Part shown: positions 25,101 to 40,049 of the stretch, one piece after another | Layout: every line of letters begins with the position of its first letter | How positions within the stretch are numbered: the stretch's first letter is position 1 | NCBI RefSeq assembly: GCF_964355755.1 | Contig: NC_092677.1 | Location: 6,036,101 to 6,100,100, forward strand | Length of the DNA stretch: 64,000 nt | Source of the DNA: Antedon mediterranea | Lineage: Eukaryota > Animalia > Echinodermata | Reading direction: 5' to 3' | Translations under genes and position numbers: made by a program | The notes under the pieces: model-generated | Database searches by the model: none | What the model saw: the letters and a program-made list of their open reading frames with translations, nothing else | What the model was told of the DNA's origin: nothing

Positions 25101-27705
25101 GGATTGTGGTGGTGGAGTACCAGGTTGCAAGGTTGTTGCAACGAATCTCCTTGAGAGACTATAGACATGTTTAAGGTTGATGAAAAAAAACCCGATATAA
25201 ATGATGAAACTAGATAATTTGAAGCAATTCAAAACAGAGTATTTTATACTACTTGGGTAATTACTATCAACATTTTAGATACGAGTTTAAAGTTGTTCTT
25301 ATTAAAGAATGTATAGGTCTACATACAGTAAATAATTATTTAAACAAAAAACCGCAGTTTGCCTTTGAGAAAACTACTTTTTTGATAGAAACATTAGAAA
25401 ACATCAAAATTCGTTTATGCAAAATGTTCTGTATTTAGTTTGAAAGAGTATAGGACCATTAATGTTTCCAATTACCACAGATTCGTTCACAGTCAAGTTT
25501 TTGTCAACCCTTGTTTTACTTTTATGTGAACCCCGGAGTTTCTTTCTAGGCGATTTGAAACGTACCAAAAGTGTAAATTAGTTACATGATTGTATAACTT
25601 ACTGTAATGGTGTAATCTTTCGGGTCACATGTATGCAACTTCCTTGTGAATCCAATAGTTGTTTTACCATTTTTTTCATATCCGTAAAGGAGTTCATAGT
25701 CTTGAGACGAATCAGCTTCAGGCTTTTTGAAGTCATTTGCGTATCGGTCCTTTTATGGAAACAATAGCATTAATTAACAAATACTGGTCTGAAACAGTTT
25801 AATTTTGTTTTTTAGATTCTTGGGAAACAGGTCTAGATGCAGTTTTTATATTGACATTTCCTTTTATTGTTATTAACATTTTTGGAGAGTTTAATTAAAC
25901 TTTCATAAGCCATGTTATGTGCGAACATTATGAATCCGTAACCAAGTCGGCTCTTTTGAAGACGTCAAATGTGAAAATTACATATATTAGCTATTATACA
26001 AACATGAAATATGAGAACATGAAATATGAAATATGAAAGCAATACAAACAGTGTTTATATAACATTTTATTATTATTAACTTACATTGTATACTATGCAG
26101 TACCGTATAGAATTTTTAAAAATTGAGCACAAATCAGAAAGAGTCATGTCATCTACATTTTACATAAGCCTCTCCAGATGTGTGGTTTCCAATATGTTTC
26201 ATTGATTGTAAGTAAGTGGAAGTTATGGTCTATACAGTATATACTGTATTACCAAATGTGAAACAAATGCCGAGTGTTTTTCTATTATTTAGTTGTAATG
26301 TATTACCAAATAAGGAATTTTTAATTTAATATTCTGTCTATCTTTACTCTTAAAAACAACTGTACTTGACTGTTTTTTTGCCGCCGGCTAAATAAAAAAG
26401 AAAAGTAAAACAATAAAGCTCTGTATTTTCTTCCAATAGTATGCAAATAAGGAAGCTTTAAAGTTTACAATTATGGTATAAATCTGCTTCGAAGAATTAA
26501 AAATAGTCATAGGCCTATGGATCAGATTTCATGTCTGGATCGGCACTGTTATGAAAACAGAAACCCATTTAAAACTGCTCAATAGTGTGTTCTAAAGTGT
26601 TCTAAACTGTTGGGAAATCAACAATAGGCCTACGAAACACTTATTATGACTCCTCTAATTTCTAATAATTCTGGGCTTCAATCACCGTAATCGTTGTAAT
26701 GATTGCCGATTAAGTTTTTTTACAGTCCCACTGCAGATTTGCTTCTTGACAATTCAAACAACTGCCTTCAATCATTTTGTGCCACCAAACACCTCTGTGG
26801 AATGCTTATCCGAATATACTGTATGTATCTACTTGTCCCTGTACCCTAGGCTACTGTTTAGGTGCTAGTGTTCCTTCAACAACAATTTACCTTAATTGCT
26901 TGGTCATCGTCAATATCTTATATTCATTAAAAGTGTATTAAGTAATAACTTTTGATGATTTAATTGTTAATAAAACAGTCCGACGGACACATATATATAC
27001 ATTTTGTGTCCATTACAGGTTGCCACCAAAATAACACACTCTTTAATATGTAGTCATTTAAATCGGTAAAAGGTTGCCATTTTAAAATTATGACAAATTG
27101 TTTGCCATGGATACCATACATAATTAAAAACCGGTTTACTTCTTCCATAGTTAGTATAACCTCAAGCTAAAAACTCATTCAATCATTTCAGTACTACAGT
27201 AAATTCTCCAAACTTATACTCTCGGTTCTGGCAAAATAAAAAAATCTAGCTATGTTTCCAAAAGGTTAGGCCTGGTTAGAATTGGTGTCAAACTAAACTT
27301 ATACTATGACTTATTTTAGTACCGGTGTCTAATTACAAAATGTCTGTCTATATATACCATTTTCACATTATAGTATACTGTATTAGTATTTTACCAGCTT
27401 AAATCACCTCTCTATAGGCTTTAAAAAAAGAAACTTACAGATACGAATGCTTTGCCGTTGTTCACCCATCCAACTACAATATCAGAACCAGGCATTCCAC
27501 CATTAGGAGAAAACCCAACGGCTACATAACCACGAGTTACAGCACTCATCTCAAAGAGAATGTCTTCTCCGTCAACTCTCCACTTCAGGTTAACACCATG
27601 CTCTACGTTTAGGACAACTTCATGTTTTTCATCGATAGTTTTAAGAGCTTCGACAAAGCAAATACAAAGAATTGCAGAAAATATATTTACTTGTATTCTA
27701 GCCAT
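19115..27705 (-). CDS. MOXD1: DBH-like monooxygenase (MOXD1-like): signal peptide, DOMON, copper type II monooxygenase N and C domains, hydrophobic C-terminal tail; 13 exons
   Basis: Exons 27705-27439, 25749-25603, 24707-24534, 23313-23230, 22968-22792, 22570-22468, 22179-22010, 21570-21516, 21264-21146, 20878-20819, 20589-20453, 19972-19855, 19276-19115. Motifs GFSPNGGMPGSDIVVGWV, TTYWC, VHHMIIYGC, EMHYDNP, DSSGLRL, LLHGHL, NYDFNLQ, EEMCLAF carry the expected copper ligands. Orthology within the MOXD family is not established. Confidence 0.92.
19552..19736. mobile_element. PIF/Harbinger-like MITE nested in a related older copy (~19445-19840)
   Basis: TIRs aagcgtggttcccactag / ctagtgggaaccaagctt with acgcaacgcaag subterminal motifs; related fragments at ~13815-13860 and ~21855-21950. 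Confidence 0.6.
20166..20435 (-). mobile_element. 5'-truncated CR1/L2-group LINE 3' end with (ACTAA)n tail
   Basis: Peptide TRGH...FSQRVINHWNSLPADVV...NTFKNRID is typical of the RT C-terminal region; pentanucleotide tail at 20166-20192. Confidence 0.85.
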
Positions 27706-30700
27706 TTTATTGCGTAAAAAATGTTGGAAATGATTTTCCAAGTCGTCATCCGGATTATAAAGGGCAATCACTGACAGGAAAAGCTGCTAGACATCGTCAT
27801 AACTTCGTAGCATTCTTCAACGTTCAATACTTCCGAACATGGGCACTCCTTTTCTATCCTCTCTTACGTGGATAAGCCTTTAATCACAAGTTAATTAGTA
27901 GAGATATTACCATTTTAATATTATGTCACGGCTGTTCTTTAGGTTAACAAACTTTTAAGCACAGTGCTAATTTTTGGTTGCAACGTGTAGGCCTATTAAA
28001 CTTTTAAATAAGCGTTTAGCGTTTGACAAAAAGGCCTACATTGCATAACCTGTCATTATGCTACAAGACATTTTCTATCGATGCCATCACCACAGAACGA
28101 TGTACGTATATCGAAACTACATACAGTAATAGCTGAGATGCCCAATTGCACTCACGGGAGTAGGTGTAACGAATTGTTTTCCGTCACATCACTACAACTT
28201 TCATTTGGACATCCAATTATATATAATGCTACCATTGCCTCTCGTAAAACCCGTACGATACCTTGCCGGGCAGTAAAATAATTGTTACGTCTAGGCTATA
28301 AGAACGAAAACGATTTGTAATTATCGTCCGGTTTTAAAGGAACATTGTAGCCATTATTAATATAAATAGTCTAACTTATTTGACATCTTATTCTAAAATC
28401 GCATGTTTAACTGACCATATCGATTTAAACGGTGTTTAGACAATTTATACGGACCGACAGTTATAATAGCTTTACAACAAAAATCAAAGTGTTTCATTCC
28501 GATTGCAGTACGCTACCAATTGGTTGATCAGTTTTTATACTGTACTTATATTTTACAAAAGTTATACAAAATACAACAATATATTAAAGCGGTTTATTGA
28601 CAAGCAAAATCCGAAACTTAATCAAAGTGCACATACAAACGTTCATCGCATTGTGAGAGGTGGTGACGCGTGATGATCTCTACTTAAACTTTTAAAAATA
28701 GATCGTTTCGCATACTACAGAGGGCGCATGTAAACTTTTTACGATTCAACTCCGCGTACGTTACCATGCGCGCTCTGTCATTGACGCGATTATTTGTCCA
28801 TTGGTAAACACATTTTTATGTACTGTATTATTATTCTGAAAATAATTGAACTGTAAACATAATTCTTTTGAGTATTTGTTTATTTACATATCATTCCATC
28901 AGATCAACTATTTTTTATTTCCATTACATCCAACCAAACATGTAAAAAATGTAGTTAAAATATCGTACTATCTACCGCGTACGACCATACGCGGTAGATT
29001 GTTTACTCAAAAATCATCGAACGGTCCTTACACTATACTATTCAACCTTGTTTTTGTAGTTGAGCCTCTCGTGACCTGGGATTTGTTTGTCTTCCTACGC
29101 CAAGATAATATAGTTCTACAAGCCATGTGCTTTTTTCTCTGAGAAATATTTATTATAAGTGCCAAAAAAATGTTTTTTTCTCGATATGAAGCCTTTATTA
29201 TTCAAATCTTTTAAAGAAAAATCACACATACCATAAAGAAGGTTCATTTATTTCATTTTTGAAACAATATTTGTGAAAAGTACGTGAGGCTCAACTACAA
29301 AACCACCATTTTGTGATATGATGTCATCGTAAGCCAATCAAAGCTGAGCTTTCCCGCGATCAGCAGAGCTCACGGTCGAATGATTTTGGATTCTGGCTAT
29401 TTTGGATTGGTGGACGCGAATCACCCACAGCGGAATGTTTTCTCTCGCGTGTACCAAGAAGTCACGTGATCTCTCTGTACTGAACGGTACTCTACACACA
29501 TTTAGAGCAATGAATTTGTACGAATTCCGTTAAATAAACAACTCTATATATTTTATAAACATTTAATAACATATTTTATTGATATTTCCAATGTTGATAT
29601 ATAAAAGAAATTACTATTAAATGTAATTATATGTAATTATTTTAGCGAAAAATGGCGCAATTTGTTTACAACGTTCGTGGCTAAAAACGATCATTTTCGG
29701 CAATGTTTTAGACCCTATATTTCGAAAACTACAAGTCAGATTTTCGTAATTCTTTCTTTATTGGAATATTGAAACAAAATACCAACAGATAATGTTTAAA
29801 TTGGTTGAAAAATAACAACTTTTAATTTTGCATCGTTATCCCTGCTAATAAAGTGTCATTTCCGGCGAACTAGAAAGGTGCCATTTATCATGGATTTTGC
29901 GTGCGAGAGTGCCATTTCCGGCCATCTAAGTGTGTCCTGGGGGGCTGTGGCTCAAATACTCAATATCTGATGTGCCCTTTTTATCGGCGGACCACCCCCC
30001 CCCCCTCCCTTCTCAAAAATGTCTGGATCCGCTCCAGGTCCTAGTATAAAAACATACCTTTAACCATATATACAGTATAATAAGGCTCTTTTAATGCTTG
30101 AAGTTTAGCACAAATTATAGTTAAATTCGCCCCAGCAAATTCTCAACGGACGCTCCTACCCCGAAAACCTTCCTAATATTGGCTATTTGTCAATAATCCA
30201 AGATGATACAGCAGTCACGTTCCAGCAAGAATTTGAGTTGCTTTTAGCAAACCAATAAAATAAAAATGATTCATAACATAGACGATATCTATATACAAAA
30301 TATATATTAATTATTTTAAAATTACTATATTATAAACGCTCTACCATACCATATATAAACTTTATTCTTTAAAAAATTGTAAATAATTAATATTGTAATT
30401 AATAATAATTATCATAATGTATTCTATTCAAACGTTTGTATAAGACAGAGATAAGAAAAACAAGAGACACTGTATACATACATACAGTACTCTTCACCAC
30501 ATTCGTTAAATAATTTAAACAATACATCGTCATATTTGTGATTTATTATCAGCCAGGGAACATATATTCGCCAGAAAAATTTAAAAAATCCTAAAAAACT
30601 AAACTATCATATTGCAAAACATTCATAACATGGAGTAGGAAAACTATGTTTTCTACACCAAATTCTGAATTTTATTATCGTGGTAATAATGTTCCATTTA

Positions 30701-30737
30701 AATAAATAACTTTTATGGCGAATTTGTTTTAAATTAA

Positions 30738-33700
30738 TCATTTGGAATGATGGTGAGTTATGCTGCAGTACAATGTAGTATCTTCTGTGTGTATTATGCG
30801 ATCTTTTGAGCTACTGGAGTGACGTGCATGCCGTGTAAAATCCAGGTCAGCATAATGTAAGCCTTCTATATTCTGAAACATATTATTCAAAACATTCGAG
30901 ATTGCAATAAATGTGTATATGAATGGCAACATATTCTTTTTCAAATACAATTTAAGCAGGTGAAATATTAGTTTAATTTGTGGTTCAAGATTTAGATTCT
31001 TTTTTTTATTAAAGATGTATTGTCCCTTTGTCAAATTCCAAAAAAATTAAAATAAAAAGATTTCGAAAAAAAGTGAGTCATTTTGAAGTATCATAATAGT
31101 TATTAACTTTCACCAAAAATTTGTCAAAAAAAAAAATCATTTAACTGAAATACAGACGTTTTTTGGTTCAAAAAATAACTTTGACTTCCAGTCAAAGTTT
31201 TCGATCAAAACATATCCCATATGCAATGCGCTTATTTGGCTACTCTGTATGCATAATCATAAAACTTCCTCGCGATCTGTGTGAAAACAACTTTCAACCG
31301 TGACGAGTTGTAAACAATAAATTAGCATCATGCATAATGTATACTCATGGTTTGAAATCTTTGTTTACTTTTGCTCGCTATTTTCCAGACAAAATGTAAT
31401 CAAATTAGTTTAGCTATTAATTACGTAAAATTGTTGTTTTTGGCTCGAATTTTCGACTTAAAGTGAATAACTTTAATATTACTTTGATATGGCCAATTAA
31501 AATTTAGTATATTTTGACCTTAATTTTTTTGTGTTTCAAGGGACAATAAAGAATCAAGTAAAACAAAAATATAATAAATAATAAACTGAAATAAAACTAA
31601 AAGCAACAGAAAACATCAATATCATAATACAAGTAACAATGCTGAAAAATATTTCATAACTTAAAATAAACATCAGTTTTTAGTTTTTACACACAACAAC
31701 TTGCAAAAAATTAACTCATTTTTAAAAGTATTCTACAATTTTGCCATTAAAACAAGTTAATAGTAAGTTAATTTTTAAAATAAAGTTTCTTAATAGAGGT
31801 TTTGAATGAGAGATAATAATGAGAAAATAACATAATTCAACATACATTTTAAATTTAATAAACATTGTCTCTGGAAAGTGTGATGTGATATCTTGTCTTA
31901 GCTCCGACGCGTTAGATCGTTCACCCTCCCCAAAGTCCGGACACAACGCACAAAAAACTTCATTACTTTCCACGGAGTTTTCAATGATTGGTGAATGATC
32001 AGTAACTGAGTTATGATAAGCAAATTGTGAACCTCTATTGGTTTGTGTTACTGGATGTACTATGATGGCCATTGAAAGACTGATTTGTGGACTATGATAT
32101 ATTTTAGTATTACTTGTTTGGACTGTGTTATACTATGTGTTTACATATTTACTATTATATTTATGTCAACTTCATCACTGCTTACTTGATGCAATAAAGG
32201 AAATAAATAATAATAATAATAATAGTAATTATGCCTTACGATGTTCATAATAAGCATTATCAATGAATCATAGATGTGACAACGAAGTGTTGATGGTGAC
32301 AACGAGGTTGAGGATAAAATTAGAAGACTTTAGAATTTAAGATTTAAGCTCAAAACCTTATAGCCTGGAAAATAAATGCTTTTAACATTGCATTGAAGTT
32401 GCTTAATAAACGAAATGCAAAACTGATAAAGAAAAGAAAATAGAAATTCAATATTGAATCAAAATGAATGCAGATTACAGTTCTCATTATCTTTCTGTAT
32501 GAAATGTAAAAAAAATCAAATCAATAAATTACACTTTGTACTATGACATATGTTTTAGTGTGGAAATTAAATTGAAATGGAACTTCCATTAACAAGGAAA
32601 TGCAACTTTGTTTAGTACATTGTTAGCTGCATTGTTTTAACAAGTTTGAAAGGTTTAGCTTGTTATGGACATGTTGATTGTACTTACAAGGCTTTTCTGT
32701 GGGTAATGTTCAACTTTGTTTAAATGTCTTTCATGGTAGTTCTTTTTAGTCATTGCAACATTATCTTGACTTTGTTGTCTCTTTTTATCTATTTCGTTCT
32801 TACGGAAGGAACCTCTACTACAAACCGGTAAATTATGGTTTAAGCATAGTCTACACTAGCAAACTCCAAGTTTGTTACTGTTTGGAGAGGGTTGTGGTTA
32901 CTGGTGGATGTCCATTTGAGGTTAGCCGGAAACCTTTTTGGATTTAGAGGACTATATCCCTGGTACCATACAAATGATTGCATTTTTTGTATTTGTTAAC
33001 TTTGTATGATATCAAAATAAAATCAAAGCCATGTTATCTTCAGATGGACAACCTCAAGTAGCACATCCTTCTACAAACAGTGGCAAACTTTGTTTGCAAA
33101 CAAAAGTTAGCTAGTGTAGACAATTCTTCAGGCATTATAATTACTTATAATAATTAGGAACATTTCTAAATTATTTTGTACAGTAACTTCTATGGTTCTA
33201 AAAAATGGAAAACAAATGACAGTTATTTCACCCACTAATGTAAATCAATAAACATCTAACAGTAACCAAATCACAAAATCAAACACTTTTTTTTAGTGTT
33301 TAATCAAGTTTGGTATGTTGGTTCAGCTGGATTTTTACATTAAAACAATTTTTTTTTAAATTAAACTGAACCATTGTTAATACCAATACACAATTCACTA
33401 GCTTTTATGTTGGTTTGGTGGTTTGCTATGTTTTTTTGGAGGTTGAGCAATTATTTTTAACCACAAAATGATGTTTTACCTCTAAAATCAGTAAGTAGTT
33501 AACAACAAAAATGTATTTTTTTTTTGACATATCAAGTGTGTAGTAAACTACTCGATTCAGTAACTTTTATGTTGGTTCGATGGGGTTTGCTATGTTTTTT
33601 TTTAGAGGTTTGCGGTGTTTAGCAAGAACCTGCCAAACTGTTCTAATAATTGTATTTTATTACTGTATATTATAAATTGTAATTGTATGTAATTGATAGT

Positions 33701-36700
33701 TATGTTAATTTTAATGTTAAATTTTATTATTGTGTTTATCCAACTTTTACTATTTTTATAAATTGTAACAATTGTTGTAATTCTGCTTTTTTAACTGCAA
33801 GAACGATTGAAATAAATAAACCCTTAATTGAACCCCTTGATTAAAAATATAAATTTTTATCTTTCACTTCATGAAATTATTTGCACCATTGCACTCATAA
33901 ACATTCCTTCTTTGTATATTATAATACTAAGTGACAAAATGTACTTTTTTAAACACAGTTGACAACATATATACCAATACTTACAGAGCGTCTCTACTTG
34001 TTTTACTTTCCACGCTACCATTTGAATTCCTAAACAAAATTATAGTAAATATAAATAAATGTAAACATACAAAAGCTACAAAAAACTTAAGATGTGCATT
34101 TTGAGTTAAAAATCCCCTTTTGGTATATCAATAACCACTAAATCCTCATGGAAGGACAGGAAGAACAAAGAATCCATAAAATTAAGATATTACCATAACA
34201 GAGATGATGGCGCACCATTGTAAATACCCTTGAGTGCACTGCATCTAACACACTCTGACTTGTGCGTTATTTGTATACTGCTGTAGTAGGCCTACAGAAG
34301 TTCAATGTGTTTACAAAAGGAAATATTAAATGCATACTTACAAAACATTTTCCCCAATACTATCATCACTTGAGCATGGAGTCGTAATTTCTTGATTTGA
34401 GCTATCAGAAAATAGTAAAATAAATCTAAAAATGTACAAAGGGTTTATGGAAATTGGAAGTTGTTTTGTTGTGAGCATAGACAAGAATTCACCCCTAATT
34501 TTTCAAAGATTTTCTAAGATTAAATCAATTACAACATATGATAGGACAGTTTAAAACTAACCCAGGTTTTGAACCTTTTTAATAATTATAAACAAAATGT
34601 GTTTTTTACGCTTTACTGTATAATTTGCTTTCCCATGCACATCATTTTCAATGTGAAAAATCTTTTGTTTTGTCTGCTTTAAATGTTATAAAACCAATTT
34701 TGCATGTTTTGCATCAAACATTTCCAAAATTGATACTAAGTAACTGTTCTCCCGAAGCAGGTTTTGTCAGCAAGATTTGCCAGACTAAATTGTCTCCAAT
34801 CGGTATTAAAAATGGTGTAAGAAAATTATATAGAAAACACTTATCTAATAGTGGTAGGTTAGGTCTAGCTATTAAAAGCATAGACCAAGAGCAATCAAAT
34901 GCTACATTTTGTCAATTGGATAGACGAAATACAATATTATTTGACTTTTTTGTATATAGTAGATTAGTTACATGTATTATCAATATTTCGGTACTTTACT
35001 TAATTTTTAAAATTTGACTTTTATATTAGAACAAGGAAAGTTTAAACCTTTCCCAGGACCATTGTGGTCATGATGTATACCCCATATGTATAGATGCACA
35101 CAATATCAAACATTTGTATTAACAACAAAAATGCTCTCTCTTATAATATAGATTATCAAAATAGTTAAAAGTGAATCCTTACCGAAATGCTTTAATCCGT
35201 ATATATCCACCTATTTTTTTAATGAAGAAAAATGAAAAATAGATATATAATAACATGCTATTTTTTTTATAATCATTCATCTTTTCATTTCGGATGACAT
35301 AATAATATATCCATAGCAAAAAAAAATTGATTTATTCATACTCTACTTTAAAAGCATGTTTCTTTTACTTGTAAATTAATTTTGAAGAACACTACCTTTA
35401 TTCACCTCATTTTTACCTAGTATTGGTTCCCCATTAATATCTGCTGTCATTTTAGTATTATAATCTGACAGGCTTTTGTCAAAAAGCCCAGTCTTTATAT
35501 TGCCTAAACCAGGCAATTGATTATGAATGAGAGCAAATACTCATGAAACATGAATTTGAAATCCCAATGATAATGAAAGTCTATGAAAACTACTGATATA
35601 AAGTGGTATTAATAATACAAGTGTACAAGGGTATTGTTAATTGCAGGTAACAGACAACCATTTCTGTCATTATTTTATAAATAATTTAATAATTAATTTT
35701 AAAATCAATTCACTGCTGTAAAAAATTCATTGCCGTCTTTAAAGATTATTAACAAAGCCTCTGAGTGTATGAAAATGGATACGATACTTACATTTCTTTA
35801 GGATGATAACAACAACGACGATAATCATTACAAGGACAAGTATTAACATAATGACCATGAAAATGGGGACTTCCCCACCTGCAAAAAAAATATTAGTATG
35901 TGGTTAAATTAAAAACATAAAAATGATACTGTAGTAATACTTTTATTCATTAAAAAAATCAGGTTGGAAAGGTATTGCACAACTTTGTCATTCAGTAGGT
36001 TAAATTGTACCACATATTATGTACACCTGAGAATACTATTACAAAATTGGAAGTTAATGGATGGGACTTGAACTGAAGACTGTGGGTTTGAAGTTTGAAT
36101 ACTATCCAAAAACAACTTTTTCTGTATTTTTAAATTACAATTGTTCAAAACATATTTAGAGGATTTTAATTCAGTATTATTACCCTGGTCATCAACTGGA
36201 TCACCTTCATAGGCACTGGTATTGGTAACCTTTCCTATAAAAGCAAACCATAAAAATAATAATTTCTACATTACAACTGAGCATTCATTCATGTGGCTAG
36301 GGATCTCACTCTTCCATGATTTAAGCTTGAAGCAATTTGACCAATCACAACATGATGGGTCATCAACCATCGCATCATGATTGATCAAATTACTTGCAGT
36401 GTGATTACGTCATTGTGTTCAAAGCAGTTTCACAGCAGTAAAATGTTCATTTTTGTATTAAAACAAGACAGACAAGATAAGCGAAAATTTATAATGGGGC
36501 ATGTGCAATATAAGTAGGCAGCGCTTAGTGTGAAGTGTTATGTAAACTGTAGTTTATATAATAAATAAATATAAATAGAATAATAAATTCTAACTGCACA
36601 TAGTTTTGATTTTTTTTTTTTACATTTTAATTGTGTCAAATTTGATCATGAGAAGGGCTCTATTAGTATAACAATCTGGTAAAAAACAATAATTAGGTTA

Positions 36701-38200
36701 TATGCATGATATGCATATATAACCTCTTGATTCTGTCAAAATCTTTATTTATTTATTTATTTATTTATTTATTCTTTCCTTAGTACTATTTTGTCCGTGA
36801 ATTATCTTGGCATCAGTTTCATCTAGCTAAGTCAAGTTTTCAGAGTATATTCCTTATGGCCAGGAATCGATGTGGTTATATTTTCACGATGCGCAATCAA
36901 AAATGACGCGGTCTACGCGCGATTTTACGAAATCACGTTTGTAATCATATCTTCACAAGCATGAATCACAATTAAACAAAATTTGGTACTCATAAATTTC
37001 AGGTAATATTTCATCATATGGCAATACAATTACGTGCGTAGCGCATATAACGCTTGCGTACGCGCGCTTAAAATGTTCAAAATTAATTTTCGATGAAATT
37101 AGAGTACGTTTCAGGCAATTTTAAGCGTTTAAAAAATTGCCATGAGTGCGCAGATTTTTGCACGCCCACTGCGCGTTAAACATTAATGCGCATTCTTTTT
37201 GCCCGATTTCTGTTTTACAATCTTTCTTTAATAATATCATCATATTTGATTCAGGTTTCAACTCGAAATTGCGTTATACGAGCACGTCAAAAGTGACTGG
37301 CTACGCACGTATAAGTTAACAAAATGGTGAAAATATGCTAAATTTTAAAATTAATATATATCGTCAGAATGATTTATTATCAAATTAAGAGAACAAAAGT
37401 TGATTAAGTCATCATTAATTGCATATTAAATTTTAAAAAAATAATTTTGACAATCAAACAAATTATGACATTTTCTTAGGCCAAAATAACAAACTTAACA
37501 TTAACTTTCTTCCTTCAAAAGTTCATATATTAAAGTTAAAAGTATGTAGTTTGACAGTGCATCATTTGTTTACATTTTAAAGATCTCATTATAGTAAAAA
37601 ATTATAATTCATTTCGGTATGTAATAATCTATTTTCACCAAAGTGGTTACTGCATAGTAAATACACGGAGGAATTTTTCTACAACTTTTAGTCAGTTGTG
37701 TATGGCTCGATGGTCTGTGCTCGTGTCTATGGCATTCAAGGTACCGAGATCGAGTCTCACCTTGGGAAACGAAATAAGATTTTTTTTTATTATCCGTATT
37801 GTTTTTTCTAATTTATTTCTTAGTGTATAGATTATACACATGATTTCTAATGAAATCTAGATAAAAATTAATTTGTGTCTTTATTATTATGTAACAACAA
37901 ATGTGGTTTATGACATTATACGCATATGGATCTTTGATCGGATTGTGATACCGGCTATGGTGTTCGCGTTAGCAAGGTCCTATCATATATTATAAATAAT
38001 TAAAGATTCTGAGAAAATCAATCAATCAATATATCTTTTAAAAATCAATTATCTTTATTTAAATCAATGCATATAACCTATAATTCGTCATAGTGACGAA
38101 TTAAATCTAGTTTTATAATTAATTTTGTTAGTATTTTGTATTATTAAAAAAATACATTAAATACACGTACCATCCTCCACAGATGGTGAGACGCTTGAAC
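30738..38200 (-). CDS. Putative small single-pass membrane protein with cytoplasmic ITIM-like motifs; N-terminus and one junction unresolved
   Basis: Phase-compatible exons 38200-38171, 36234-36184, 35878-35792 (TM: IFMVIMLILVLVMIIVVVVIILKK), 35210-35183, 34244-34194, 34029-33985, a probable exon starting at 32079, and last exon 30872-30738 (LHYADL, TLYCSI, stop). Confidence 0.5.
36690..38112 (+). mobile_element. Helentron-associated (HINE/DINE-1-like) non-autonomous element
   Basis: Sub-terminal inverted repeats aggttatatgcat (~36696) / atgcatataacct (~38067), an adjacent partial inverted copy at the 5' end, a (TTTA)n microsatellite, a 3' stem-loop taattcgtca-tag-tgacgaatta, then CTAG and a T run. 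Confidence 0.75.
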
Positions 38201-39039
38201 CTAGAGGAAAAATAATTACATGAGTATGTCCCTTAGTAAAAGCATAGAACTACATTTATAGCTCCATTGTCAATTTTTTTAATTACCTGTAAATGACCGT
38301 ATAGTATTTGTTAGTTGTGTTTTTATAAATTATTCATTAGCCAGTATTCAATTCTATTCAATGGTGAATACCTCAATGCATGCAGTAGGAATGTTTTGTA
38401 TTCATTTGATTTGAGCATGGATTAAAGAATAGAAGGATATGCATCGACGTGAGATCAAGGGTTCCTTGACTCTCGCCGACAGACCGCGGACCGCCCACAA
38501 TGTTACAGTTTAATTAACCGCATGGTAACAACGAAACGGTCGCGTGCCTAATATATTGTTTACTGCACATGTGCAACGACATTTAACCTTGTTGGCTACT
38601 ACGCTTCTTTCGCGCGTTCTTTGGTGGCATGATGTTTGTAGATGGTCAACTATTGACTATGTTGGTTTCTGCCGCGATTGATCTACGCTAATGATTTTTT
38701 TATGATGATTAAAGTAGCATTTTATGACCTGTAGTAGCCCTACATCTGAGACAATAACTATTAGTTGTCTCATTTGTTGTAAAATTACAAAATCAGCAAG
38801 AATGCTAGCCTAGCTAGGCCCAGGCCTTGTACTAACTAGGCTAAACTGGGCTAGTAAACCCTATGATTTGCCGACATTGATACTGCCTAGGTAGGCCTAG
38901 GCTAATCTTAAATACTCACCGTTGTCTTACTTCTTGTGTGAATAATAATAGGTAGGCCTACTTCGTTTGTTCGTGATCAAGTTTGCCCTGCGTGTACTTT
39001 TCAAAACGACCGCTAGGTAACGAATCGCAACTATACATA

Positions 39040-39130
39040 GCCAGCCAATCCCGGATCAGGGATCGCTGTTTTCATTCAATTAGGCCCGGTGATTGGATGT
39101 GATGTGGATGACATAACCACTAGCCAATCA
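39040..39130. promoter_or_regulatory. Cluster of three CCAAT boxes (candidate promoter, possibly bidirectional)
   Basis: agccaatc at ~39043, gattgg at ~39091 and agccaatc at ~39122, next to a CTAG-rich tract and a donor site at 38919. Confidence 0.45.
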
Positions 39131-39999
39131 CCAGGCACTACAGTTTAAATATAATCACATCGATAATTAAGGAGATTTATGAAGAAACCACTGCTTAGCC
39201 ATATATTAAAAAACACGATTGTTGTATGTCTGAACACCGGCCACGCTAACAACATACATGGTCAAATGCATAATTTAATATTCTATAGATTAACGCAATT
39301 TTTAATGACAGAAGATGGCAGGCAAATAATGATAATTCAAATATAAAAATGGCATATTTTATTAATATTACCAACTACCTAAAATTACCAGTCGTAAGAA
39401 AGTGAACTTTTCGTAGTCCGATTGTGATGAAACTAAAACAGAATTATTCAGCAATATATGTTTGTTATCAATTAATCATCGACGCAGACATGTCAATAGA
39501 ACATTCAGACTGCGCATACGATTTCTACATGGTTACGTTTTGGTCTAAAAAAATGTAACAGTTGATTCGCAGCGTTTTACAGAGGGCCGCGGTTAGAGAC
39601 ACGGAGTTCAATGAACGTGTTTGTTTGATTGGCAGCAGTGCTTTAGTATAGGCAAGCGCGTTGTAAAATCGTTTGATGTCACCGTCGATGCATATCCTTC
39701 TATTCTTTAATCCATGATTTGAGGCAATCATTTTATTTGACTGGCTGTTCTATTCAATTTCATAAACCTTTTTCTCACAGGGTGATGGAACAGACAGGGA
39801 TACCATTACCATGTCAGTATGGTCACTGTCACGCAATGCGAAATTATCGCCACTGTATTTGATCAAGATGAAGCAAATTTGATGGAGTCATTTGGAATCT
39901 TTCCACCAATAGAAAGTGGCCGATAAGTACAGTATGAAGCCTATGCATACATGGTAAGCCTAGGTTTTTCATTTCTAGTTGTTTTAAACTAAACAGAAA

Positions 40000-40049
<50 letters not shown>

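Noticed and set aside
28334-29830. Kolobok-like element starting TTAA|AGGAACATTG
   Set aside because: The interior looks TE-like, but I could not find a matching right TIR or TSD.
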